From contig CAZTYM010000004.1 of the NCBI GenBank assembly GCA_964617475.1, positions 2,132 through 66,131 on the forward strand: a stretch of 64,000 nucleotides of DNA. The letters are read 5' to 3'. A program made the position numbers and the translations under genes. The DNA is from an uncultured Thiotrichales bacterium. GTDB taxonomy: Bacteria; Pseudomonadota; Gammaproteobacteria; GCA-2400775. Positions 38,539 to 48,931 of this stretch are shown here, piece after piece (position 1 is the stretch's first letter; each line of letters starts with the position of its first letter). The notes under the pieces are model-generated. The model made no database searches. It saw nothing but the letters and a program-made list of their open reading frames with translations, and was not told the origin of the DNA.

Positions 38539-39129
38539 TTACGGTGCAGCGAATGGCGAATTGTTATTCGGGTTTGCCGGTGCTAATACAGAAGAGCGTT
38601 TAACATGAAGGGTAACGCTGTTATCGGAAAGTTGAATGATATCACCGCTCTTATTAACGACAACGGCCTTGATGCTATGGCTACCACGATGAATATCATT
38701 GAGTGAAATTCGATTGCTAGAGGTGACATAGTCCAACTGAGTGCCATCAACTAATGCAGTTAAGCGATGCCCGGCTTTTACGCGCAAAACTGGGTCTAAC
38801 TGCACTTGCACCGTGGTATTACCGGCTTCTCCAGTTTGCAAGGTAGAATCGTTGGCTGGGCTCACTATAGTAAAAAGCTTGTAGCGGCCACCGACATCTT
38901 CCTCTTCTTCTTCCGCCAAGTTAGCGCCGGGTTTGCTTTCCTTTTTTAAGCCTGCTTCTTCGGGGTTATAGATGGTAATCGGCTTAAGCTTGATTTCTTT
39001 GGCCCCTTTCACAGGCTGATCGGTAAACTCAACTGAGCCATCAGGGCCAACAGTTTGGTAGATGGTATCTGCTAGTGCTACTGAGCAGGCTAGCAATAAT
39101 ATGAGTTTGATGGATAAAAATAGTCTCAT
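38539..39129 (-). CDS. DUF4124 domain secreted protein
   Basis: Signal peptide, IY....DG.V.FTDQP and a C-terminal Ig-like region. Usual position between glnA and ntrB. Confidence 0.82.
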   Translation of the reverse strand: MRLFLSIKLILLLACSVALADTIYQTVGPDGSVEFTDQPVKGAKEIKLKPITIYNPEEAGLKKESKPGANLAEEEEEDVGGRYKLFTIVSPANDSTLQTGEAGNTTVQVQLDPVLRVKAGHRLTALVDGTQLDYVTSSNRISLNDIHRGSHSIKAVVVNKSGDIIQLSDNSVTLHVKRSSVLAPANPNNNSPFAAP

Positions 39130-39200
39130 AAATCAAAGATTACGCGAGTGTTTCGCCAGTCTCAAGGAGAGAATTCACAATTTACAAAAGCTTTAGGCAT

Positions 39201-39233
39201 AAAAAAACCCGCCTGGTTCAACCGGGCGGGTTT
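39201..39233 (-). terminator. Rho-independent terminator of glnA
   Basis: AAACCCGCCTGGTT/AACCGGGCGGGTTT hairpin with A7 on plus (U7 on minus). Confidence 0.9.
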
Positions 39234-39253
39234 GAGGTCGAGCAATTAAACGA

Positions 39254-40663
39254 TTAAACGCTGTAATACATATCGTATTCGATTGGGTGGGTAGTCATAC
39301 GCATACGTGTGACTTCTTCCATCTTCAACTCAATGTAACCATCAATCGCGTCATCAGTGAATACACCGCCAGCAGTCAAGAAGCCACGGTCGGCATCAAG
39401 AGCGTCAAGCGCTTGATCCAATGAATGACAAACTGTTGGAATTTCGGCTTCTTCCTCTGGTGGTAGGTCATAAAGGTCTTTAGATGCTGCTTCGCCTGGA
39501 TGGATCTTGTTCTTAATACCATCGATACCGGCCATTAACATGGCTGAGAACGCCAAGTATGGGTTAGCAGTTGAATCAGGGAAACGTAGCTCAATACGAC
39601 GTGCTTTAGGGTTAGAGACATAAGGCACACGAATCGATGCAGAACGGTTTTTAGCGGAGTAAGCCAATAGTACGGGTGCTTCGAAACCTGGCACCAAGCG
39701 CTTGTAACTGTTGGTTGAAGCGTTAGCAAAAGCATTAATGGCACGAGCGTGTTTGATCAAACCACCAATGTAGTAAAGCGCGTTGTCTGACAAACCGGCA
39801 TATTTGTTACCGCTAAAAATGTTTTTACCAGCTTTAGCAATAGATTGGTGAACGTGCATACCACTACCGTTATCACCAACTAGAGGCTTCGGCATAAAGG
39901 TCGCTGTTTTGCCATAGCTGTGAGCAACGTTGTGTACAACATATTTAAGCATTTGTACTTCGTCAGCTTTTTGTACCAAAGTGTTAAACGCAACACCAAT
40001 CTCACACTGACCCGCTGTTGCCACTTCGTGGTGATGTACTTCCGTTTTAAGGCCCATTTCTTCCAGGCATAAGCACATGGCTGAACGTAGGTCTTGTAAA
40101 GAATCGACTGGAGGAACTGGGAAATAACCGCCTTTAACACCAGGACGGTGACCGAGGTTACCGCCTTCAAAAACTTTCTCTGATGACCAAAAAGCTTCTT
40201 CAGAACCGACTTTATAGAAAGCGCCGCTCATGTCGGCGCCCCAACGAACGTCGTCGAGCACAAAGAATTCGTTTTCAGGGCCGAAATAAGCAGTATCACC
40301 AATCTTAGTAGACTTAAGATAGCCTTGCGCACGAGCAGCGATTGAACGTGGGTCACGCTCATATCCTTGCATGGTGGCGGGCTCGATGATGTCACAGCGC
40401 AGGTTTACGGTGATTTCATCCATAAACGGGTCGACAACAGCAGTAGAAGTATCTGGCATCAAGATCATGTCTGATTCGTTGATACCCTTCCAACCAGCGA
40501 TTGAAGAGCCATCGAACATTTTGCCTTCTTTAAAGAAGCCAGCATCGATTTCGTGAGCAGGCACAGAAACGTGTTGCTCTTTACCGATGGTATCAGTGAA
40601 ACGTAGGTCTACGAATTGGGCGTTGCTATCTTTAATCAGCTTTTGCACTTTAGTTGCGGACAT
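39254..40663 (-). CDS. glnA: Glutamine synthetase type I
   Basis: [37 protein letters not shown], adenylylation site KDLYDLP and YYSV end. Confidence 0.98.
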   Translation of the reverse strand: MSATKVQKLIKDSNAQFVDLRFTDTIGKEQHVSVPAHEIDAGFFKEGKMFDGSSIAGWKGINESDMILMPDTSTAVVDPFMDEITVNLRCDIIEPATMQGYERDPRSIAARAQGYLKSTKIGDTAYFGPENEFFVLDDVRWGADMSGAFYKVGSEEAFWSSEKVFEGGNLGHRPGVKGGYFPVPPVDSLQDLRSAMCLCLEEMGLKTEVHHHEVATAGQCEIGVAFNTLVQKADEVQMLKYVVHNVAHSYGKTATFMPKPLVGDNGSGMHVHQSIAKAGKNIFSGNKYAGLSDNALYYIGGLIKHARAINAFANASTNSYKRLVPGFEAPVLLAYSAKNRSASIRVPYVSNPKARRIELRFPDSTANPYLAFSAMLMAGIDGIKNKIHPGEAASKDLYDLPPEEEAEIPTVCHSLDQALDALDADRGFLTAGGVFTDDAIDGYIELKMEEVTRMRMTTHPIEYDMYYSV

Positions 40664-40752
40664 GTCTCCTCCAGAGTGGACATTTATGTTTATTGAAAGC
40701 CTGCCGTGCCAGCACGGCAGATGCTACTTTTCCAGCAGAGTGAATGGCTAAA

Positions 40753-40878
40753 AGCATTTACTATGCCACGGATATAACTCTTTACTAATCAATAGCTTAG
40801 TTCATTTTTTGGCTAGAGCAAGTACCCATAATTGCACAATATTAGTGCAAAGAAATTTTAATGCACTAAAATAATGCA
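40753..40878 (-). promoter_or_regulatory. glnA sigma54 promoter with IHF site and tandem NtrC enhancer sites
   Basis: Minus strand TGGCATAGTAAATGCT (40753-40768). AATCAAtagcTTA (40787-40799). TGCACAATATTAGTGCA (40833-40849) and TGCACTAAAATAATGCA (40862-40878). Confidence 0.85.
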
Positions 40879-41017
40879 CCCTAAGCTAATACGAGGGATT
40901 AGTTCGCGTCTGGGCAGAGCTCTATCTCAGCTCCACGGTGAGCGAGACGCTTTGCGAATCATAGCGATTTTAGACGAGCGGCTCTAGTGTTTTTCGCCAG
41001 AAGTAGACTTAACGCAG

Positions 41018-41605
41018 TTAATGCAGTGATGATGGCTGTTGCAGGTCGATAATGACGCTGTCCGGGTCATCAAAATATTGATGTAGTGCGGCTTTGGCGG
41101 ATTCGCTATTGTGGGCTTGTTTAAGGTCATAAGCACTGAGTGGATCAGGCAATACTGCTTCGTTATGGTTAATTAAGCGTATGGCCATCAATACGTCCAT
41201 AGCTTTGATAAAGCTCTGTGCCAAGGTTAAAAATAAAGGATGGTCGTCTGTATCAAGATGATTAGCTGCTTCGCCATAAGCCGATTGGCCCAAGCCAATA
41301 TAATAATCAGTGTTTACTGCAAGTGCTTGCGTTCGGCCTGGAAATAAGCCAGATAATAACAAACAGGTGTCGCCAACATCACGAAGCCCCCGTGGCCGTT
41401 TTTGGCCTTCCGCGCTCATTGCCTGAAGGTAATTGGGTGCCACCGCCTGGCATAAAGATTCTGCGCGGTGAGTAAAGCGCATCAGTAACATCACTAAGTA
41501 ATGCTCTAGCATCTCACTGAGGTGCTGGTGCGAGCGAGTCTGCGCTTCATTGAGCAGACTATGCCACTGTGCCTCAGTGCTTAGTGGTTGGAACATCTTG
41601 TTCAT
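41018..41605 (-). CDS. Hypothetical protein
   Basis: Conserved-looking motifs EHYLVMLLMRF, LRDVGD.CLL.SGLFP and YYI.LGQSAY. GAGG SD before ATG 41605. Confidence 0.75.
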   Translation of the reverse strand: MNKMFQPLSTEAQWHSLLNEAQTRSHQHLSEMLEHYLVMLLMRFTHRAESLCQAVAPNYLQAMSAEGQKRPRGLRDVGDTCLLLSGLFPGRTQALAVNTDYYIGLGQSAYGEAANHLDTDDHPLFLTLAQSFIKAMDVLMAIRLINHNEAVLPDPLSAYDLKQAHNSESAKAALHQYFDDPDSVIIDLQQPSSLH

Positions 41606-41626
41606 AGGCACAACCTCTATCTTAAG

Positions 41627-41654
41627 CTAACGGCAGTTTGCAGGGAAATCTTGA
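41627..41654 (-). promoter_or_regulatory. Possible sigma28 promoter
   Basis: Minus strand TCAAG-N15-GCCGTTAG. Spacer is one base longer than the site at 25510. Confidence 0.45.
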
Positions 41655-41752
41655 TGCCCTCTGGCATAGCGCCAAGCAAAAAACATGACATCGACGACAT
41701 GAAAGTGCTCTGAGCCGCTATAATGCGCGCTGTTTTAAGCCGTTCTGTAGTC

Positions 41753-42700
41753 ATGACAAGCCTCGAAAAACCGAATAACTCAAGCCCGTCTGCATCATTT
41801 CAGGGCATGATTCTCACGCTGCAAAACTATTGGGCCGAAAAGGGCTGTGTTTTGTTGCAACCCTATGATTTGGAAATGGGCGCGGGTACCTTTCATTCCG
41901 CTACTTTTTTGCGTGCCATAGGCCCAGAGCCTTGGGCAGCGGCTTATGTGCAGCCTTGTCGCCGCCCCACCGATGGCCGCTATGGTGAAAACCCCAATCG
42001 CATGCAGCACTATTATCAGTTTCAGGTTGTCATCAAGCCGTCACCCTTAGATATACAAGAGCTGTATTTGGAATCATTGCGTGTACTAGGCGTCGATCCG
42101 CTTGAGCATGACGTGCGTTTTGTCGAAGACGATTGGGAGTCACCCACCTTAGGTGCCTGGGGCTTAGGTTGGGAAGTCTGGTTAGACGGTATGGAAGTCA
42201 GTCAGTTTACCTACTTCCAGCAAGTCGGTGGCTTAGATTGTAAGCCCGTTACCGGAGAAATTACCTATGGCTTAGAACGCATTGCCATGTACCTGCAAGG
42301 CGTGGAAAGTGTTTACGATCTTACCTGGTGTGAAGATGGGCCAGCGGGCCGTGTTAGCTATGGCGATGTATTTCACCAAAACGAAGTGGAAATGTCTGCT
42401 TATAACTTTGAGCACGCAGACGTTGAAAGCTTGTTTAAAAACTTTGACCAATGCGAGGCTGACAGCCAACGCTTGGTAGAAAAAGACTTGCCATTACCTG
42501 CTTATGAAATGGTGTTAAAAGCATCGCACTACTTTAATTTGCTCGATGCACGCGGTGCGATCAGTGTGACAGAAAGGGCGCGTTTTATAGGTCGCGTTCG
42601 TAATCTGGCGCGTGCTGTGGCCAGTGCTTATTACGAACGAAGAGAAGCTTTGGGTTTTCCCATGTGTGAAACGCCAAATAAAGCAGGAGATCAATCATGA
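41753..42700 (+). CDS. glyQ: Glycine--tRNA ligase alpha subunit
   Basis: [35 protein letters not shown] and TYGLER. The ATG at 41723 overlaps a TATAAT, so 41753 is preferred. Confidence 0.97.
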   Translation: MTSLEKPNNSSPSASFQGMILTLQNYWAEKGCVLLQPYDLEMGAGTFHSATFLRAIGPEPWAAAYVQPCRRPTDGRYGENPNRMQHYYQFQVVIKPSPLDIQELYLESLRVLGVDPLEHDVRFVEDDWESPTLGAWGLGWEVWLDGMEVSQFTYFQQVGGLDCKPVTGEITYGLERIAMYLQGVESVYDLTWCEDGPAGRVSYGDVFHQNEVEMSAYNFEHADVESLFKNFDQCEADSQRLVEKDLPLPAYEMVLKASHYFNLLDARGAISVTERARFIGRVRNLARAVASAYYERREALGFPMCETPNKAGDQS

Positions 42701-44805
42701 GTCAACATGATGATTTGTTGTTTGAAATAGGTACCGAAGAATTGCCGCCTATGGCGTTGTCACGTTTGGCAAAGGCATTGGCCGACGGGGTGAAAAATGG
42801 TTTGGAACAAGCCAAACTCAATTTTGATGAGATCAGTTGGTATGCCTCGCCAAGGCGTTTAGCGTTTATCGTTTCACAATTAGAAAGCGAACAACCGGAT
42901 GTTGATAGCGAACGCCGTGGTCCTGCGGTTGCCGCGGCTTTCGATGAAGACGGTAATCCTACTCGCGCTGTGCAAGGTTTTGCTAAATCTTGCGGTGTGG
43001 AAGTCGAGGCGCTAGAAAAAATAGAAACCGATAAAGGTGCGTGGTTGGTACATCGCAGTGTAGTGAAAGGTAAGCCGTTAGTAGAATTATTGCCTGATAT
43101 TCTTAATCAGTCGATTGCTAAGTTACCTATACCGAAACGCATGCGCTGGGGAAATTTAGATGAGAGCTTTGTTCGGCCGGTACATTGGTTGGTATTACTC
43201 TATGGTGATCAGGTTTTACCGTTTGAGCATTTCGGCCAAAGCACGAGTAATCAAAGTCGTGGCCATCGTTTTCATTATCCGCAGGCGGTCACCATCAATA
43301 AGCCTAGCGACTATCTGCCTGCCTTAGAAAAAGCGTTTGTATTAGCGGATTTTGATATGCGCAAACAACGTGTGGTAGCGGCCATAGATTCGGCTGCCGA
43401 GCAAGCTGGTGGTAAAGCGGTAATCGATGATGAACTATTAGAGCTGGTGGTGAGTATTGTTGAGTGGCCGTCACCCATCCTGGGTCGTTTTGACGAAGCC
43501 TATCTTCAAGTGCCAGAGCCGGTCATTGTTTCGGCATTAAAAGGTCATCAAAAATGTTTTCATGTAAAAGATGGTGAAAAATTACTGCCGTATTTTATCA
43601 GCGTTAGTAATGTTGATAGTAGCAACCCACAAGTCGTAGCCTCAGGCAATGAGCGCGTAGTAAAAGCCAGATTGGATGATGCTGCTTTCTTCTTCAAAAA
43701 GGATTTAGAGGCACCATTAGCTAACTTAGTCGATGGTTTAAAAAATGTAGTGTTCCAAAATAAATTAGGGTCAGTCTACGATAAAGTGCAGCGTATTAAT
43801 ACCTTGGCTGGCCACATAGCAAGTAATCAGCGGTTCAGTGAGGATGTGGTTGCTGATGTAGAAACTGCAGCCAGTCTCTGCAAAGCAGATTTACAAAGCG
43901 CCATGGTTTTTGAATTTCCAGAGCTGCAAGGTGAAATGGGCTATCAGTATGCGCAGCGCGAACCCAATCAGCTCAGCGATAAAGTTGCACTAGCTTTAAA
44001 AGAATATTACTTCCCAAGGTTTGCCGGTGATAATTTGCCATCAAGCGAAGTATCGCAAAGTTTGGCCTTGGCTGATCGTATCGATTCCATTGCGGCCTTA
44101 TTTTCTATTGGTCAAATTCCAACAGGTGAACGGGATCCTTTTGCCTTGCGTCGTGCTGCGCTGGGTGTAATACGCATTTTAGTTGAGAAAGCAGTCGCGC
44201 TAGATTTAGATCAGCTATTTCAAACGGTGCTTCAACAGCTGGCCAGCGATGCGGATGTAGATGTAGATGTAGATATTGAAAAGACCATGGCAGAAATTAA
44301 TAGTTTTGTCCGTGGTCGCTTGCGTGGTTACTACTTAGATCAAGGTATCAGCCACGATACTTTTGATGCGGTAGATAGGGTTACTACTCTAAAACCTAGC
44401 GATATCGATCAACGCATTAAAGCCATTAATATATTCAGAGAGCGACCAGAGGCTGCGAGTTTGGCGGCAGCGAATAAACGTATTGCCAATATTCTCAAGA
44501 AAAACGACATAGATTCGGAGCACGCATTGACTATAGAGACGGCTTTGTTTGAATCTGGTGCGGAGAAATCATTAGGCATAGCGTTGGCTAACATTAGAGA
44601 TGAGTTGGAGCCTCTATTTACCGAAGGCAACTACTCGGCAGTATTGTCAAAGCTGTCGACATTAAAAGATGATGTTGATGCCTTCTTTGATCAAGTTATG
44701 GTGATGTGCGATGATGAAAAAGTACGTAATAATCGCATTGCCTTATTGTCGCAGTTAAGAAATTTGTTTTTACGCGTTGCGGATATTTCATGCTTACAGT
44801 TATAA
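42697..44805 (+). CDS. glyS: Glycine--tRNA ligase beta subunit
   Basis: [38 protein letters not shown] and NKRIANIL. Confidence 0.97.
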   Translation: MSQHDDLLFEIGTEELPPMALSRLAKALADGVKNGLEQAKLNFDEISWYASPRRLAFIVSQLESEQPDVDSERRGPAVAAAFDEDGNPTRAVQGFAKSCGVEVEALEKIETDKGAWLVHRSVVKGKPLVELLPDILNQSIAKLPIPKRMRWGNLDESFVRPVHWLVLLYGDQVLPFEHFGQSTSNQSRGHRFHYPQAVTINKPSDYLPALEKAFVLADFDMRKQRVVAAIDSAAEQAGGKAVIDDELLELVVSIVEWPSPILGRFDEAYLQVPEPVIVSALKGHQKCFHVKDGEKLLPYFISVSNVDSSNPQVVASGNERVVKARLDDAAFFFKKDLEAPLANLVDGLKNVVFQNKLGSVYDKVQRINTLAGHIASNQRFSEDVVADVETAASLCKADLQSAMVFEFPELQGEMGYQYAQREPNQLSDKVALALKEYYFPRFAGDNLPSSEVSQSLALADRIDSIAALFSIGQIPTGERDPFALRRAALGVIRILVEKAVALDLDQLFQTVLQQLASDADVDVDVDIEKTMAEINSFVRGRLRGYYLDQGISHDTFDAVDRVTTLKPSDIDQRIKAINIFRERPEAASLAAANKRIANILKKNDIDSEHALTIETALFESGAEKSLGIALANIRDELEPLFTEGNYSAVLSKLSTLKDDVDAFFDQVMVMCDDEKVRNNRIALLSQLRNLFLRVADISCLQL
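44254..44274. repeat. (GATGTA)x3.5 in-frame microsatellite in glyS (DVDVDVD)
   Basis: Directly visible. Confidence 0.85.
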
Positions 44806-44819
44806 AGGGTTTGTAGCCT

Positions 44820-45377
44820 ATGAAGCTGGTTATTCTTGATCGTGATGGAGTGATTAATCACGAGTCAGATCGGTTTATAAAATCGCCAGTTGAATGGGAA
44901 CCTATTCCTGGCAGTATTGCCGCTATCGCGCGTTTGAACCGCGCTGGTTATAAAATAGTAGTGGCAACTAATCAATCGGGCATTGCCCGGGGTTTGTTTG
45001 ATATCACCATGCTTGGCCGCATCCACGAAAAAATGCAGCGCCACGTTAGTGATGCTGGTGGCAGTATTGAGGCAATCTTTTTTTGTCCACATGGTCCCGC
45101 AGACCAATGTCAGTGTCGTAAACCCAAGCCAGGCTTATTTCATGATATTGCTGAGCGAATGCATATATCACTAGAAGGCGTGCCGGCAATTGGTGATTCC
45201 TTGCGAGATTTGCAGGCGTCAGCCGCCGCTGGTGCGGCACCGATACTTGTTAAAACTGGACGCGGTGAACAAACCATAGAAAGTGCTGAGGAAATAGCAG
45301 GTATACCTGTCTATGATGATTTGGCCAATGCCGCTGATGCTATCATCGATGGTAGTTTCGCTGCTAGTAGCGCATAA
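44820..45377 (+). CDS. gmhB: D-glycero-beta-D-manno-heptose 1,7-bisphosphate 7-phosphatase
   Basis: LDRDGVIN, TNQSGIARG, CPH....C.CRKP and IGDS.RD. Confidence 0.93.
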   Translation: MKLVILDRDGVINHESDRFIKSPVEWEPIPGSIAAIARLNRAGYKIVVATNQSGIARGLFDITMLGRIHEKMQRHVSDAGGSIEAIFFCPHGPADQCQCRKPKPGLFHDIAERMHISLEGVPAIGDSLRDLQASAAAGAAPILVKTGRGEQTIESAEEIAGIPVYDDLANAADAIIDGSFAASSA

Positions 45378-45396
45378 CTAGATTTAACCTTATTCG

Positions 45397-46116
45397 ATGA
45401 TTTGGATTCGTTCACTGCTGTATTCAATTTTTTCTACTATCACAATTATCATTTTTGGTGTGGCATGTTTATTTACCTTCCCACTGCCGTTTAAATATCG
45501 CTATGGTTTTATACGCCAATGGTCACGTATCAACCTATGGTGGTTAAGGGTTTGTTGTGGCTTAAAATACCGTGTCATTGGCAAAAAAAATATTCCCGAG
45601 AGTAATGGGATTATTTTTTGTAAACACCAATCCACCTGGGAAACCTTGGCACTACAAAGCATATTTCCACCACAAATATGGGTGATGAAAAAAGAATTAT
45701 TAAAAGTGCCTTTTTTTGGTTGGGGTTTAGCCTTGCTTGAACCCATAGCCATTGACCGCGATGCAGGCAGAAAAGCACTTAAACAACTTTGCGACCAAGG
45801 CAAACAACGCCTAGACAACGGTCGTTGGGTAGTGATTTTTCCAGAAGGTACACGCATGGCACCAGGTGAGAAAGGTCAATATCAAATCGGTGGTGCCATG
45901 TTAGCCTCAAGTTCTGGATATCCTGTAGTACCCATGGCACATAATGCTGGCTATTTTTGGCCGCGCCGACAATTTTTAAAACACCCTGGCACAATAGAAG
46001 TGCGCATCGGTAAAGCTATAGATACAAAAGGTTTATCTGCACGGGACATTAATAAACTTGCCGAGCAGCACATTGAAGCAATGATGGCTGAAATTGGCGA
46101 GCCGGAATTACATTAG
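45397..46116 (+). CDS. plsC: 1-acyl-sn-glycerol-3-phosphate acyltransferase
   Basis: KHQSTWET and IFPEGTR motifs. Conserved glyS-gmhB-plsC order. Confidence 0.9.
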   Translation: MIWIRSLLYSIFSTITIIIFGVACLFTFPLPFKYRYGFIRQWSRINLWWLRVCCGLKYRVIGKKNIPESNGIIFCKHQSTWETLALQSIFPPQIWVMKKELLKVPFFGWGLALLEPIAIDRDAGRKALKQLCDQGKQRLDNGRWVVIFPEGTRMAPGEKGQYQIGGAMLASSSGYPVVPMAHNAGYFWPRRQFLKHPGTIEVRIGKAIDTKGLSARDINKLAEQHIEAMMAEIGEPELH

Positions 46117-46125
46117 GAGACTTTA

Positions 46126-46599
46126 ATGGCTATAGCGGATAAATCTGTAGTGGGAATTCACTACTTATTAAAAAGTGAGCAGGGTGAGCTACTCGACGGT
46201 TCAGACGAAGGTGAACCACTGTTATATCTACATGGTTTTAATAACATCGTGTCTGGTTTAGAAGAAGCGCTTACCGGTAAAGAAGTCGGTGATCAAATCA
46301 ACGTCGTTGTGCCACCAGAAAAAGCCTACGGGGAGATAAAACAAGAAATGATGGGCAAGGTTCCTTTGAGTGCGTTTGAAGGCATGGGTGAACTAAAACC
46401 CGGTATGCGTTTTGATGCTGAAGGTGAAGAAGGTCGCCGTATCATGGTTGAGATAGAAGAGATCGGTGAAGAAGAAGTTACCGTTAATGGTAATCATCCT
46501 TTGGCTGGTGAAACTTTACACTTTGATGTCACAATAGATTCAATCCGCGAAGCAACACAAAAAGAACTGGATCATGGGCATGTACATAAGACTGGATGA
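46126..46599 (+). CDS. slyD: FKBP-type peptidyl-prolyl isomerase (SlyD-like, short tail)
   Basis: PL.YLHG, GLE.AL, PEKAYG, NHPLAG..L.F and ELDHGHVH. Confidence 0.9.
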   Translation: MAIADKSVVGIHYLLKSEQGELLDGSDEGEPLLYLHGFNNIVSGLEEALTGKEVGDQINVVVPPEKAYGEIKQEMMGKVPLSAFEGMGELKPGMRFDAEGEEGRRIMVEIEEIGEEEVTVNGNHPLAGETLHFDVTIDSIREATQKELDHGHVHKTG

Positions 46600-46600
46600 T

Positions 46601-46822
46601 GTGGGCATAGCCATTAGTGTTTAAGGGGTCAGTTTGTAGCCTGGATGAAGCCAAAGTGGAATCCAGGTATATGAAATATAATAGGTATTCTAGAATAAAA
46701 ACTAACATAAGTAGGATGTATGGATGCATCGTTTTTCGCCTTCATGGCGACCGACTTTTTTCTTGGAAAAAGTCGGCAAAACCGCTTTCTCCCGATCAGC
46801 CGTACCTACGGGGATACTCTCG
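46601..46822. repeat. Mosaic of REP/MITE-like fragments
   Basis: TTTAAGGGGTCAG (46620), GTAG-led palindrome GTAGCCTGGATgaagc..ggaATCCAGG (46636-46667), hairpins TCGCC/GGCGA and CCGACTTTT/AAAAGTCGG. Confidence 0.65.
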
Positions 46823-46848
46823 ATGATTTTCTTAGAATGAATTAGATT

Positions 46849-47706
46849 ATGGTTAGACTAGATGACATAGAAGAGAATGAGTTTGATACCGTAGAAGATT
46901 TTTTCGAATTTATATCCCAACACTTGGTAACCAGAGATTGTAACTATGGCTTTCGTGGGGTTTCGAGCGAAGCCTATAGGCTTGAGCCAACTTTTACGCG
47001 TTATCTTAGGGAAGTTGAACAAGCTCATTATAAGGTTCGACATGGAAACTATAGGGAATCAGTTTTAAGACTTTTGTATCATACTTTTAAAAAGAATATT
47101 GTCGTAAATAATGATATTGCGCCCGAAAATTTAGATAAAACAGATTTATGGCAGTATGGGCAGCACTTTGGGTTACCTACACCCTATCTCGATTGGTCGT
47201 ATTCTCCTTACATTGCTTTGTTTTTCGCTATAAGGAACAAGGTCGATGACAACAGGCGTAGATGCGTTTGGTCTATAAACCTAGATTTAGTTGATCTGCT
47301 AAATACTGCTATAGTTGAGGAGGTTAGACCTAGAAAACAAGAATTCATCTTGTCGGAAGAAACGCTCAATAACCAGTTTCCAATATTAGAAATAGTAAGT
47401 GAGTTGAATGAATACAATAAAAGAATAGCTTTTCAGCAAGGTTTTTTCGCCAAGCAACACTACTATGCTTCACTGGAGATTTGGTTGGCGAGGATAGTAG
47501 AGCAATTGCATTATCCTCTTTCAGGTTCACCTGTATTGAAGAAATTCACGTTTGGTTGTGAAGAAACCTCAAGGTTTAATGTGTTGGATAAATTGAGTTT
47601 AATGAATATTAATCATAGAACACTGTTTCCTGATATATATGGGTCCGTTTATGATGCAATAGATTCTACTTTGAGAAGCTATGGGGCTCCGTTTAGGGCC
47701 GAATGA
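46849..47706 (+). CDS. FRG domain-containing protein
   Basis: FRGVS, QHFGLPTPYLDWS.SPYIALFFA, N.RI..QQG.F and INHRTLFPD. More AT-rich than its flanks. Confidence 0.88.
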   Translation: MVRLDDIEENEFDTVEDFFEFISQHLVTRDCNYGFRGVSSEAYRLEPTFTRYLREVEQAHYKVRHGNYRESVLRLLYHTFKKNIVVNNDIAPENLDKTDLWQYGQHFGLPTPYLDWSYSPYIALFFAIRNKVDDNRRRCVWSINLDLVDLLNTAIVEEVRPRKQEFILSEETLNNQFPILEIVSELNEYNKRIAFQQGFFAKQHYYASLEIWLARIVEQLHYPLSGSPVLKKFTFGCEETSRFNVLDKLSLMNINHRTLFPDIYGSVYDAIDSTLRSYGAPFRAE

Positions 47707-47729
47707 TATTTTGAAAATAAGATTATACG

Positions 47730-47786
47730 ATTTAAGGGGTGCAGACCCGTTTTCTTGGGCGAAAACGATGTGCTGACCCCTTAAAT
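47730..47786. repeat. Palindromic element ATTTAAGGGGT...ACCCCTTAAAT
   Basis: 11-bp perfect terminal inverted repeat with an inner CGTTTTC/GAAAACG stem. Confidence 0.8.
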
Positions 47787-47792
47787 ATAGTT

Positions 47793-48239
47793 ATGTTATC
47801 TATACTCAAACTCCTTCTCCCTGCTCTGCTACCTTCCTGGCGTTTTTTTGATGTTATCGCGCCATCGCCGAGAATTCATTACACATTTATAGAAAATAAA
47901 GATGATACTCCGAGTGAATGGGTTGAGTTTCGGCCGCGTCCTGCTCGTTTGTCTTTTCCTGTCATGCTTAAGCGGATGATGTGGAACCCTGAATGGAATG
48001 AGTCTTTGTTTATGGTCAGTTGTGCTGAGCGAATTATGGAAGCACCAACTCAGCATAGTGAAGATGAAATTCTAAAACGTATTATTAATGATTTAGAGCC
48101 CAGTGATCTGAATGCTTCGGGTTATATTCAATTTCGTTTGATGGTTATCGAGCGTGTTGAGGGAGAGTTAGAACAACAATTGGTTTTTGAGTCTAGAATC
48201 GAGCCGTTGCAGCAATGGCTGCGAGTGAGTAATCAGTGA
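47793..48239 (+). CDS. Hypothetical protein, partner of the HTTM protein (SdpA-like PSWRFF motif)
   Basis: LLPSWRFFD..PSPRI and WNP.WN..LF..SCAER. GTGA coupling to the next gene. ATG 47793 lies just outside the palindrome. Confidence 0.7.
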   Translation: MLSILKLLLPALLPSWRFFDVIAPSPRIHYTFIENKDDTPSEWVEFRPRPARLSFPVMLKRMMWNPEWNESLFMVSCAERIMEAPTQHSEDEILKRIINDLEPSDLNASGYIQFRLMVIERVEGELEQQLVFESRIEPLQQWLRVSNQ

Positions 48240-48919
48240 GCCTTGATGACGCCATTAGGCTAACCGAAGTATTGCTGGGTTTTGCGTTTATTTTACAAAG
48301 TATTGAACACTTAAAAACATTTGCCAATGAACGTTGGTTGTTTGGTGTTCGGCTTGTTTTTTCCGCTTGCCTGATTGCAGATGTTTATAGTCAATGGGTG
48401 TTGTTGGGTTTATTTGTTCTCGCCTTGTTTATTCTTCAACGTTTTCAGGGACCTTATAATGGCGGTGCTGACCGCATGGGTTTATTGGTTCTGGTGTGCC
48501 TAACTTTGTCGCATTTTGCGCCTACATTGTATTGGCAGGAAATAGCCTTTGGTTATTTGGCGCTGCAGTTGGTGCTGTCTTATTTTATTTCCGGTTGGGT
48601 AAAGATTGTAAATCCAGACTGGCGTAAGGGTCGTGCTTTGCGGGATGTATTTCAGTATTCAGCCTATCCTGTGAGTGAATCACTACGTAATTTTGCTAAC
48701 TCACCAAAGCTATTATTAGTGATGTCGTGGGCAGTGATTTTATTTGAATTATTATTCCCGCTAAGTGTGTTTTCACAAGTAAGTTTGATTATGGCGTTAG
48801 TGATTGCGGCGACATTCCATTTTGCCAATGCTTGTATTTTTGGTTTAAACCGTTTTTTCTGGATTTGGCTGGCTGCCTATCCGTCTATTATTTGGCTACA
48901 GCAAAGAGTGTTTGTTTAG
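48236..48919 (+). CDS. HTTM domain membrane protein
   Basis: FQGPYNGGADRM, SYF.SG.VK....W..G.AL and FH..NA..FGLNRF.W.W. Multiple transmembrane segments. Confidence 0.8.
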   Translation: MSLDDAIRLTEVLLGFAFILQSIEHLKTFANERWLFGVRLVFSACLIADVYSQWVLLGLFVLALFILQRFQGPYNGGADRMGLLVLVCLTLSHFAPTLYWQEIAFGYLALQLVLSYFISGWVKIVNPDWRKGRALRDVFQYSAYPVSESLRNFANSPKLLLVMSWAVILFELLFPLSVFSQVSLIMALVIAATFHFANACIFGLNRFFWIWLAAYPSIIWLQQRVFV

Positions 48920-48931
48920 GGTGACAGTAAA

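Noticed and set aside
44254-44274. Phase-variable repeat in glyS
   Set aside because: The 6-bp unit preserves the frame in an essential gene and lies in a variable loop, so it is probably neutral.
46529-46826. ORFs 46617-46826(+) and 46529-46729(-)
   Set aside because: They run through REP/MITE fragments, have no convincing SD and have no protein-like motifs.
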